From Octopus vulgaris (Eukaryota): 64,000 nucleotides of DNA. Of this stretch, positions 52,086 to 64,000 are shown in pieces (within the stretch, counting starts at the first letter, position 1; every line of letters starts with the position of its first letter). A model generated the notes under the pieces. It was not told where the DNA came from, did not search any database, and saw nothing but the letters and a program-made list of their open reading frames with translations. A program made the translations under genes and the position numbers. Location of the stretch: assembly GCA_951406725.2 (NCBI GenBank), contig OX597820.1:99696001-99760000 (forward strand), in the 5' to 3' direction.

Positions 52086-53693
52086 TATCTTAGCACTAAG
52101 AGGAGACAAAACCTTCATCAAATGTTACCGTGCATGTACAGCTTATAATGCTGTTGTACCTGCCTTATATATATTATCACTTAGTCATTAGACAAGTAAG
52201 CATACTATATGTAGATGCCGTATGTTACCAATAACAATGACAAAATGCGAACCACTGATTCTTCGGTTGGTGTTCCAACATTCAGTTATAGGTATTTATA
52301 AGCATATACAGGAATATGTTAACACGTCCCTTGTTCTACAAGGGTCGTATTGACATATTGCTCGTTCTCCTAATTTGTTGAGGAATGTTATCGCCGGAAA
52401 TTCAACTTTGTTACGTATTTTGTCGATCCTTGACGAAAGGCAAATTTGTTTCGGTCTGGATTTGAAGTCAGAGCGTAAAGGAATATTACTTAATACTGTA
52501 TGGTAATTAACTTGGCATTTTACCTTTTCCATCTTTTACTTTCCTCACGAAAGGAACATGAATTTAAATTTAAATTCCTTTCTTGAAGAATTTTTTGTTA
52601 TTTTGTGTTCATAAATAACAGATACCGGTAACATACCTAATTATCTTGAGTGAGTGCTACCATATTTAAGGGGAGCAAAACAATCTCAATTAATTGAAAT
52701 TTTCCTTACAGTGATGAAAGGTAAGTATGATCTCAATGACTAATGATAATCAAATCTAGTCAAGCAAAAAGCAATAACTTCAAAATGTTAATTGAATTAA
52801 GAAAATTAGAAATACGCATGAAATAAGAAAAGGAACATGTTAGCTCGAGGATTAACACCAATTTAATCTCATATTTGCCCAGTACAGTGGAAACCTAAGA
52901 TGTGGTTTGATATTCTCACCAGAGAAGCATTCAGTTTTCCAACCCGCACTGATATAGTGAGAATCTATGGGTAACTCTAGAGATATACAACACGTGGTAT
53001 TCTGTCAACACAGTAAGAGAAATTACCTAGGGTCGCCATCCACTTTAAACAACATTGAGTTAATATTGACATAGTCAAGGAAGAGAGCAAAATAATTTCA
53101 ACTAAAATTACCTTTACAGTGAGAAGAGAGAACCATAGGCTCAGTGACTACTGTTGATAAAATATTGTCGATGGATAGAGATGTTTTCAAAATTTTAATT
53201 AATTAAAATTAGAGTTGCGTATGCAAACCAAAGATGGAAAGCATTAGATCAAAGACTAACATTACATACTGTGCTTCTGTTTTCATCTCAATGCAGGAAA
53301 ATTTTAATTGATATTTTGTGCTTACTATATTCTCTTGGCACTTAGACGACCAATATGTTTAATGTGCATTACATTCCTGGATAATTAGCATCTAATTAGG
53401 TTGATTTCGCCTTCTTTGACTTTGTTTCCTTGAAATCGTTGCAGAGAAACAAAGTGTTTCTGCTTTTTCCAGAGTCTTGTAGCAAAGAGTACTTTCAAGT
53501 TGTCGAAAATAGAAAACTTGAAACAAAGAAACAGAAAGCACATTTTGAAGAGAAGCGCTATCTCTTTGGAAACGATAAAGTCAGTGTTTCCACATTAGAT
53601 ATAGAAACTAATTAGATATACTTATATAGTGAAGAAAAGACAATAGTAATCAGTGACCTCTATTATTTTAAGTATTACGGTGAAAAGAGAAAC

Positions 53694-53740
53694 AACTCTG
53701 AAACGTTTCGGTATTATTAGTCCTCTTCAGCGAAGTAGAG
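53694..53740 (-). ncRNA. Possible degenerate minimal hammerhead
   Basis: CTGAAGA-gg(actaataata)cc-GAAAC-GTT; stems weak. Confidence 0.4.
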
Positions 53741-55071
53741 ACTTCACCTGCTCGAGTAAGTTGTGATGAAAGGATCAGTAATTAGATGTAAACTACTGTA
53801 TATGAATGTGGAACTGTGAAAGCTAGAATGTTTTAAAGAATAAACTACTGGTAGAAAATATTTAAGGACACTATCTGCAGGTGCAACAAGGCAAATTAAT
53901 TTTATCATATAATTGTCAAAGTAGTGATGAGAAATTTACTAAGTTTATGTCAATAAGAAGGAAATATTTGCTTATTTTACAAGTCTCGCAACTCACAGTA
54001 ACGCTCATATATCTCTTTATAGCAAAATGAAATGAGTTAAAGTATTTTGGCCATGAAAATTGTACATTACTAGAATATTAACTTTGCAACCCATCGTCGA
54101 ATTCTACATGACCGTGATGTCACTACTTCTGTGTCATTCGGTAAATAAATTCATAACAACATTATCTTTTTTTATGTATGAAATATATAGTAGACTTGTT
54201 TCTTTCTATTTATTTATTATTTTTACAATAGATGTGACTTGTTTACGACTACAGCTGCAAGCAAGAATAAAAATTAGAAAGTCAAGTTGAAAAGATTATT
54301 TCCGACATTTATTCGAAAAGTTAGAGACATAAAAAAACATAAATAACTTTTTCATCTTTCAATGAAACACAAACAATAAAAGCTATTAAAAGACAATCCA
54401 GTCAATCATCAGGAGACGACCTCAAATACACTTTGTCAGCAAAGGTGATATAGTTTTTCTTTTTACTAATGAAGCTTTTCAACCGAGATTTGTGAAGTAT
54501 GTGATTTAAAAATACAAATCTAACTAAATAAGCGAATCTTCCCTAAAGTGTAAAAGTCGGTGATAACATAAAACAGAAAAAAATAAATAAAAAGACAGCA
54601 GAGGGGGAGTTTTTTTTTTCTTCTACTAAATTCATTTAATAAAAATATTTGCGGATATTTAACGGATAGAAATATCGTCGCTACGCTAAGAGTTTTTACA
54701 TTAAGGTCATAATAATAATATGATTATATAATATAATTATATTAGTTTTTTTACCGAAAGGCATTTTTATCTAAACGGTGTGTTCTAATTTAGAAGTTTT
54801 AAAATTGAATACTTAGCTAAATTTGTTAAAGTCGTCCAAAAAATATCACAGTTGTAAAATAATGAAAAAAGAAAACGAGAAAAAAAAAAAACTCTCAAAA
54901 CCTCTGAAGAATAGACAAACGAGATAAAATGGCTATGTTTGTAGCTGATTTTCAGCTGATATTTTTTCATAATAATAGAAGAGATGGGAAACTGAACTAT
55001 ATCGACCGCAATAGGAAAGTTGCTACGGCTACTACAGTTAGTGCTGCTAGTGATGTTGTTGTTGTTGCTGC

Positions 55072-55460
55072 TTGTTTGTTTGTTTGTTTGTTGAGCGAAA
55101 CGGTCTTCATCCCAGAGCTCGCATGATCACGCCTCCTGTCGTGGGAGAAGTCCTCCGCAACGAGGTCCTTTGCTATTCGTAAGACCCGCAGAAGAGAGAG
55201 CAGGTCAACCCCCGACACCGAGAGCATCGACCGATGGACGAATGCGTATCCAGGAAGTCGGGGACAAGAAACAGGAAGAAAGAGTGAGAGAAAGTTGGAG
55301 CGAAAGAGTACAACAGGGGTCGATACAACCGCCTGCCGGAGCCTCGTGGAGCTTTAGGTGTTTTCGCTCAATAAACACACACAACGCCTGGTCTGGGAAT
55401 CGAAACTGCGATCCTCCGACCGCGAGTCCGCTGCCCTAACCATTGGGCCATTGCGCCTCC
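55072..55460 (-). mobile_element. tRNA(Arg)-like SINE family C
   Basis: Minus strand GGAGGCGCAATGGCCCAATGGTTAG..GTTTCGATTCCC; (ACAA)n tail. Confidence 0.85.
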
Positions 55461-55779
55461 ACTGTTGTTGCTGCTGTTGTTGATGAGGATGATGATGATG
55501 AGGATGTTGATGATGGTGATGGTGATGATGATGATGATGACGAAGAACATCATCATCCTCATATCAACACAACGACAATCGCACGTTGTTTAATGTAGAA
55601 AATATTCTCAAAAAAGTGTGCTCAATACATATTGTAGAGGATATGATTTTTTCTTTTTTTTTGTTATTAAAACTGAAGCTGGTGACCTGTCTCGTGACTC
55701 GGATTTCACGCCACAAAAACCCTACGCAAGACTAACTCTAAGTTAATAAAACAGAAAAAAACACTACATATCTTTTTAT

Positions 55780-56598
55780 ATTTTTCTTATTTCAGTCGTT
55801 AGACTGCGGCCATGTTGAGGCCATGTCCGGTAAGTTCACCCTCATCAATTCACCGTTTGTCTTCAATAAAATAGTTTTAAACTATTAATGGTGAGATACG
55901 GTGGATATATTTTCTCAGTAAGCTTTCCTTGCAGTGAACTTACCTGTAATCTATTGGGGGACTGCCTAGAAAAAGTTTTAGTCGAATGAATCGACGTCAA
56001 TACTTTTTCTATTTTTAAGCCTGGTGCTTATTCTATCAGTCACTTTTGCTGAACTGCTAGTTTACGGAAACTGAAAGAAGACCGTATACATATCTATATA
56101 TCTGTGTGTGCACCTTTGAGTCTGTATTTGTCCCCCAGAACCACTTGAGGACCGGTGGTGCTGCGTTTATATCCCCAACGCCCTAGCGGTCCGGCTAAAA
56201 GGAATGGATAAAATAAACCCTAGGCTTAAATAAAATAAGTACTGAGTCGACTCATTCGACAAATAAATTCTGCAAGGCGGTTCCCCAGCATGGCCGCAGT
56301 CTAATGACTGAAACAAGTAAAAGATAAAAGATATATATATATATACACACACGTATATGTGTATATATATATACATACACACGTATATATATGTATATAT
56401 ACGTATATATATATATATATATATATACATACATATATATACGGCTGATTTTTACATACCAAATTCCCTCACGTGACATTAGTCGACTCTGGGTCTATAA
56501 TAGAAGGCAGTGAACCAAAGTGCCACGCAGAGGAACCAATCAGGAGACCACATGTCTGCAAAGCGAACTTCTTGATCACATAACCGAGCCTGCGCCTG
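55780..56598. mobile_element. Composite of SINE family B pieces in alternating orientation
   Basis: Minus-strand tail 55780-56062, plus-strand core and tail 56064-56331, minus-strand head 56450-56598. Confidence 0.75.
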
Positions 56599-56792
56599 TT
56601 TTTATCATTGATCGGGTCGGGAGGCGGAGGGCGGCGATGGCATCGGTGAGCACTCACGTACAGATGGACGAGGTAACGGCGGTGGCATTCGAGAAAGACC
56701 TTTCTAATACATACATACGTACAGATATACATACATACATTTGTGTGTACACTTATATGCATATATGTATACTATATATGTATGTGTGTGTT

Positions 56793-56823
<31 letters not shown>

Positions 56824-57215
56824 GTGTATGTGTGTGTGTGTGTGCATGTATTTACACACATTCACCACATATTCTACTTCTGTGAACTCCTTTTTTTCTT
56901 TCTCCTTCCAAGCATACACTCTCTAAGGACTCAATCACATTTTCATTTCACACATGCGTCACACACACACACACACACACACAGATAACCGACTCTACAT
57001 GCAACACAATCCGCATACATACATAAACGCTACCTTTTCCACCCACATGCATATACATGAAAAACACGTACGCACATGAACCCCTGTATATCTTCTAATC
57101 ATATAACTTCAACAACACAATTATCTGAACACACACGCAGGTTCAATAACATGTATTGAAATGGTACTCACAAACAAACATTAGATACATATATATATAC
57201 TGATACATAGGCATA

Positions 57216-57388
57216 GGAGTGGCTTTGTGGTAAGTAGCTTGCTTACCAACCACATGGTTCCGGGTTCAGTCCCACTGCGTGGCACCTTGGGAAAGTGCCT
57301 TCTACTATAGCTTCGGGCCGACCAAAGCCTTGTGAGTGGATTTGGTAGACGGAAACTGAAAGAAGCCTGTCGTATATATGTATATATG

Positions 57389-57450
<62 letters not shown>

Positions 57451-57710
57451 TGTGTGTGTGTGTATGTGTGTGTGTGTTGTGTGTGTGTGTGTATGTGTTT
57501 GTGCCCCCAACATTGTTTGACAACCGATGCTGGTGTGTTTACGTTCCCGTAACTTAACGGTTCGGCAAAAGAGATCGATAGAATAAGTACTAGGCTTACA
57601 AAGAATAAGTCCTGGGGCTCGATTTGCTCGACTAAAAGCGGTGCTTCAGCATGGCCACAGTCAAATGACCGAAACAAATAAAAGAGTAAAAGAGTAAAGA
57701 GTAAAGAGTA
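57216..57710 (+). mobile_element. SINE family B, full length
   Basis: A-box-like TGGCTTTGTGG, B-box-like GGTTCAGTCCC, CCTTGGG core, internal (TA)(TG) tract and (AAAGAGT)n tail. Confidence 0.92.
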
Positions 57711-58177
57711 TACTAATCGCACATTCATACATAGAAGGCTCAAACCACATACACAAAAATGTAAAAAAAAAAAGAACACTTGCGCTAAACCTAACAACCA
57801 TAATACGTAAACACGTTCACATTAATGGCATGCTTACACTCATATACACATAGTTCCATAACACCAGTGCAATTACTTCACAGAATTTCTATCAAAATCA
57901 GCGAGACACTAGTAAAACATGTAAATATTATATGGTAAACTATACAACACCTCATGTTCACAGACATGCGCACTCATCATTGTCCTCACACAACTTCTGT
58001 GTAAGTCGCTGGCACACACATACATGTATTTAAATAGCACGCATACATACAAAATAGACATACACACAATTATACGTAACGCATTCGCATATTCAATTTT
58101 GTCATTTGCGACATACCCAACAATAGAATAACGTAAGAAATAGCAACAAGGTACACTCGAACATTGACATACATACA

Positions 58178-58683
58178 TGGTGGCTGCCCCCTCGTTATCG
58201 ACTATGGCCATTGCACGAAGCATAATCAATGTTGTTATTGTGCAATGCCTGTGCAAGAAGATTTTTTTTTTTTAAAGTGAGGAAAGGCTGTGCACTGAGT
58301 CAATCCCACTCACTAAGCAACAGCAGCCATAATCTGAAAAGAAGAACAAGTTAACATCATCGGTAACCACTGAGCCGCAGTTTTTTATATCGGAGTTATC
58401 CCAGTTACCTGAGTTACCTTCTCCTAGAAGGATGCTCTAACAGAGGCTAGGAGTCCTTCACTCCCAATGGCTTAACCACGCGATCAGGTATTCAGTCCGA
58501 TTATTTCTATGTCCCCGCGCATGATACAGCTTTAAGACATTTATTGGATGGCCGTTGACTCTCAAGAGTTCCTCCGCCCTTTAACGGGTTTTGCTTTTCA
58601 CCCCGCAGGGTGTCCAATAAACACCCTCCTCACCAAGCAAGCTTGATGGGGTTGCCGGTTTAGTCGCCGACGACCCGACCATG
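58178..58683 (-). mobile_element. Bipartite RTE-derived element, copy 2
   Basis: Collinear with 26702-27201, with the same ends. Confidence 0.8.
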
Positions 58684-59194
58684 CAACATACATACATACA
58701 TATATACGCATGTACGTACATGCATACATATATACGTACATACGTGATTGCTGTTAATTCGTTGACGAGTTTGACCGACACTGAAAAATTATCTATCCTA
58801 GATGTTAAAAACAATAGCTATCAGTAGCGCCCGTACTGAAATAACGGCTTGCATAACACTGGTAAGATTCTCACCTACAAAATTAACTAATCCGGACACA
58901 AGCTAGAGCATGATCTCCAATTTCGCCAATGGACACATGTTATTTAGATATTTTCTTCAAGATAGATGGTTTAACAAACACTAGGGGTCATTCAAGTCCG
59001 AGCTGTTGGATAACCGCTGATCCTAGTAAGTTCACCTGTCCTTTGAAAAGCGAAACTTGTCAAAGAACAGCTGCTTTTCATCTTGCTTGTTGTCCAAAGA
59101 AGACCACCCGCCTTAACAAGCAAAAATGCATGCAAGTATGAATGCATACATGCATACATACATGCATACATACATACATACATACATACATACA

Positions 59195-59227
<33 letters not shown>

Positions 59228-59594
59228 TCATACATACGTATACACAATTCCCTATAAAACCATTTTAAAGCTTTTACTCCATATTCACTCAAACACAGCA
59301 GCACAAATTCACACACATACCCATTCACAGATATAAACCTCTTAACATTACATCCACACATATTATGTACTCTACGAATATTTTATCGATAAAATAAACA
59401 CATATTGCTCGGTTTCATATCATATCGATATACATACGTGGATATAGTCACAAATAATAGGAAACCCTGATTCAGCAATTACCTACCATGTTGCTTTCCT
59501 ACAGGTGAATCCATGTTCGTCCCCCTTCACATTTTGTTACTTTCGTCGCTATTATTGGACACACACACACACACACACAGACAGACAGACACGC

Positions 59595-59650
<56 letters not shown>

Positions 59651-60012
59651 GTATATGTGTATGTTTGCGTGTTGCGTGTGTGTGTTCATATATATATATA
59701 TATATGAAGGTAAATAAAAAGTAAAGATGAAACTGGAAAAGCAACGATGTCAAAGTGTATGTATTAAATTGAGGCTCTGAGAAATTCTAAGGATAAAAGA
59801 AAGGGTGTGAATTTTGAACTTGGCTCTTTGTCAGAAAGAGCAGAGAGGAAAAAGTTCAGAGAGAAGGAAAAGAATATTTATATACACATATAAATGCGTT
59901 TACACTTTTTTTTTTATTATCCATTACCCCTAAGAAGAAACTGATATAGATACATGGTGATCAGGTAGATTCAAATGGCTAGTGGAATTTTTACCCTATA
60001 TATATATATATA

Positions 60013-60749
60013 CTAGCAGCTAAGCCCGGTTTCACCCGGTCTGTTTGGATGATGTGGCCGTGATCGTTTTCGGTTTGGCATAATCTATAACAGCGTTTCT
60101 CAACCTTATTATTTCGGGTCCCCTGTTTTGATTGGAGCCTTCACCCTTGTCGGAGAACAGCTTCATAATTTGTACGTAGTCTATTTCTTAGAGCTATTCT
60201 ATTGGACCTCTGTCTAATCATTAAAACATTGATTTAATTATGAACATAGAAAGAAATTATACATTAATCCCTATTTTGTAAGCAGTTGTATCCGTAAAAA
60301 TTTTATTTGCAGAGAGCAGAAATTGAAAGAAGATATATGAAATGGATGTGTGTGTGTGCGTATGTGTGTGCGTATGTGTGTGTGTGTGTGTGTGTGCGTG
60401 CTTGCGCGTGTGTATGTGAGAGAGAAGAAGAGAAACAGCATAGCGAAAGTTTTGGCTGACTGTCATCCTGTACTCCACTTGTTGCTAGCGAAATGGTATA
60501 TGTCGGCTGTGTGAGCAACTGGTTGTTTTAATGGCGGAATAGGGAAATTCCATTAGAAAGGTTTTAATCGATTTTCTCGATAAGTATGGGGGCTGGGAAA
60601 AAGATACAAACTGAATTTCCAATATATGCGCCCGTCTGCAGATATGTGCCATTTTTCACGCGAATCCACCCAGCCGTTTGGCTGTGAACCTCACGACAAG
60701 AAAGAATACAACAATCGTCCATGTCCAATTCATATTATATATATACAGA
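60013..60749 (-). mobile_element. Non-autonomous Helitron (second family)
   Basis: Minus strand TCTGTATATATATAA start, CCGG-GTGAAA-CCGG hairpin, CTAG|T end. Confidence 0.7.
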
Positions 60750-60832
60750 AAACTTAATTAATTTCCCTGTATATAATTGAAACAGCTGTAAGGGATAATG
60801 ATCGATTTGTTGTTGATAATAAACTCTTATTA

Positions 60833-61227
60833 TTTTCTACTATAGGCACGAGGCTTGAAATTTGGGGGAGGAGGATTTTCGATTACATTGACCTCAGTAC
60901 TTAACTGGTACTTATTTAATCGACCCTGAAAGGATGAAAGGCAAAGTCGACCTCGGCGGAATTTGAACTCAGAACGTAGCCACAGACGAAATACTTATTT
61001 CTTTACTACCCACAAGGGGCTAAACACAGAGAGGACAAGCAAGGACAGACAAACGGATTAAGTCGATTATATCGACCCCAGTGCGTAACTGGTACTTAAT
61101 TTATCGACCCCGAAATGATGAAATGCAAAGTCGACCCCGGTGGAATTTGAACTCAGAACGTAACGGCAGACGAAATACCGCTAAGCATTTTGCCCGGCGT
61201 GCTGACGTTTCTGCCAGCTCGCCGCCT
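60833..61227 (-). mobile_element. SINE family A, dimeric copy
   Basis: Same two-tail architecture as 1011-1407. Confidence 0.9.
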
Positions 61228-61274
61228 TATAGTAAGCTCTATTAACTTCGCAACCTTCAGTTTCTTCTTCTTCC

Positions 61275-61306
<32 letters not shown>

Positions 61307-61776
61307 CAGACACACACACAGACACACACACAGACACAGACACAGACACACACACAGACACAGACACAGACACACACACAGACACAGACACACACACAGA
61401 CACAGACACAGACACAGACACAGACACAGACACACACACAGACACACAAACACACACACACACACACACAGAGTAAATTATTCTTAATGGTGGAATTTGA
61501 TGTACATAAGGCTACAAATAATAGTGTGTAGACTTATGGGTTAAAGAAGGGAGGCAGTAATGGTCGAAAGATCTTTGTGTGACTCGAACTTGCATCTGTA
61601 AACATGGCAGACGTTTTAACCATTATAGCAAAGTAACACTTCTGATTTTATGGATATCTCTAGGGTTGTTCTCGTTATAAGATGTTATATGGAGTTTATC
61701 TGTTGGTAATATGTGTGTGTGTGTGTGTTATATATCTGATATATCTGTCTCTATCTGTTAATCTGTATACATTACA

Positions 61777-62180
61777 GGAGTGGCTGTGTGGTATGTAGCT
61801 TGCTAACCAACCACATGGTTCCGGGTTCAGCCCCACTGCGTGACATCTTGGGCAAGTGTCTTCTGCTATAGCCCCGGGCCGACCAATGCCTTGTGAGTGG
61901 ATTTGGTAGACGGAAACTGAAAGAAGCCTGACGTATATGTATATATATATATATGTGTGTGTGTATGTGTTTGTGTGTCTGTGTTTGTCCCCCTAGCGTT
62001 GCTTGACAACCGATGCTGGTGTGTTTACGTCCCCGTCAACTAGCGGTTCGGCAAAAGAGACCGATAGAATAAGTACTGGGCTTACAAAGAATAAGTTCCG
62101 GGTTCGATTTGCTCGACTAAAGGCGGTGCTCCAGCATGGCTGCAGTCAAATGCCTGAAACAAGTAAAAGAGTAAAGAGTA
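61777..62180 (+). mobile_element. SINE family B, full length
   Basis: Matches 57216-57710. Confidence 0.92.
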
Positions 62181-62693
62181 TATATATGTGCCTGCGTGTG
62201 TGTTTGTGTTCGCACGTATGTGTGTGAATGTGCGTGTCAGCGACTGAACTAAGGGAACAAGAAAATAGATTAAATAAATGGGCCTACAAATTTCGGGAAT
62301 TTCTCATAAAGTTACAATTATAACTGCACGCTAAAATATTCAAACTAGCGCCTTCATCTTACGGTTGTTATAGTTCAAATATATCCGAGTATACGCGCGC
62401 ACGCAAACACAAGAATGTGCAGATATAAGAATGTGGAAACGTCAGACGAAGAATGCAAGCCCTACCGCGAGTTTTGATGAGTTAATATAGAATATACAAA
62501 CAAGCATATTGTATTTTATATCCCTTCTCCCTGGTAAGCTAAATAGCAATTTAGCTCATTAGAGCGATTTACCATATAACGCAGACGCATATTCTATGCT
62601 AAATCGCTATCATTACTTAGAGCGATCTGAAAGCCGTAAATCAAATCCCATTTATAGTTTCAGATTTTCTGTGAAGTGCATGCATATATCTGC

Positions 62694-62772
<79 letters not shown>

Positions 62773-62979
62773 TGTGTGTGTGTGTGTATAATGTACTTAC
62801 GCCTATATAAAGTTTTTCTAATGCATCGGAAATATATGTACAAATCAGGAATTTATCTCTCCAGGGAGTAAAGTATTTAACACACAACATTGATGTATAT
62901 CTCATTTTAAATCGCTATTTTAAATGATGCATCGAAAGATGGAGTCCGGATTGCATTAATGAACTTGTAGATTTATGTA

Positions 62980-63600
<621 letters not shown>

Positions 63601-64000
63601 GCATTTTACTACAATTGTTTCGGTACTTTGGTGAAATGTTGTGCAATCATTATTGAACATCCACGGTGTAAAATGCGGCTCCTCAGGTGATTGTTTGAAT
63701 AAATCCCTTGTTAGGTTCTCTCATTATTTCAGTGAGTGTAATAATGCATACCCATAGTGACTTATCATTCCAAGCAGTTTACAGTCAAAATGCAATTACG
63801 ATCAATAGTGAAGTAAGTTGAATGGAGATTTTCAAACATTGTGAAAATTTTGATTATTGCATCTTATAACTCTTTCAGAGTACCTATTCACCACTTTACC
63901 TGCACTCATTAAAATGCACAGGGCTTCCTCGAAACAGAGATCTAGAGAGCGTATTACATGGATATGCATATACCGACCATCTGATGTTTTATTGTACTCT

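Overview
AT-rich, microsatellite-saturated eukaryotic DNA with no host protein-coding exon that I can recognise. The SINE families and repeat landscape suggest an octopus or other coleoid cephalopod intergenic or intronic region (inference). Almost all non-microsatellite sequence is transposon debris: several tRNA-derived SINE families; RTE, CR1-like, Tx1/L1-like and R4/Dong-like LINE fragments; two Penelope-like (PLE) GIY-YIG remnants; a full-length decayed mariner, a fold-back mariner and two Tc1 remnants; Helitrons and a HINE; and several palindromic MITEs. Most six-frame ORFs are microsatellite artefacts. The most interesting signal is a set of short non-coding elements carrying minimal type-I hammerhead ribozymes. 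One (23781-24174) combines a tRNA-derived Pol III head with a hammerhead and shows Penelope-type insertion architecture (5' inverted partial repeat plus a 13-bp TSD), making it a candidate Penelope-mobilised ribozyme SINE. Coordinates were read by eye; family names come from recalled motifs, not database searches.
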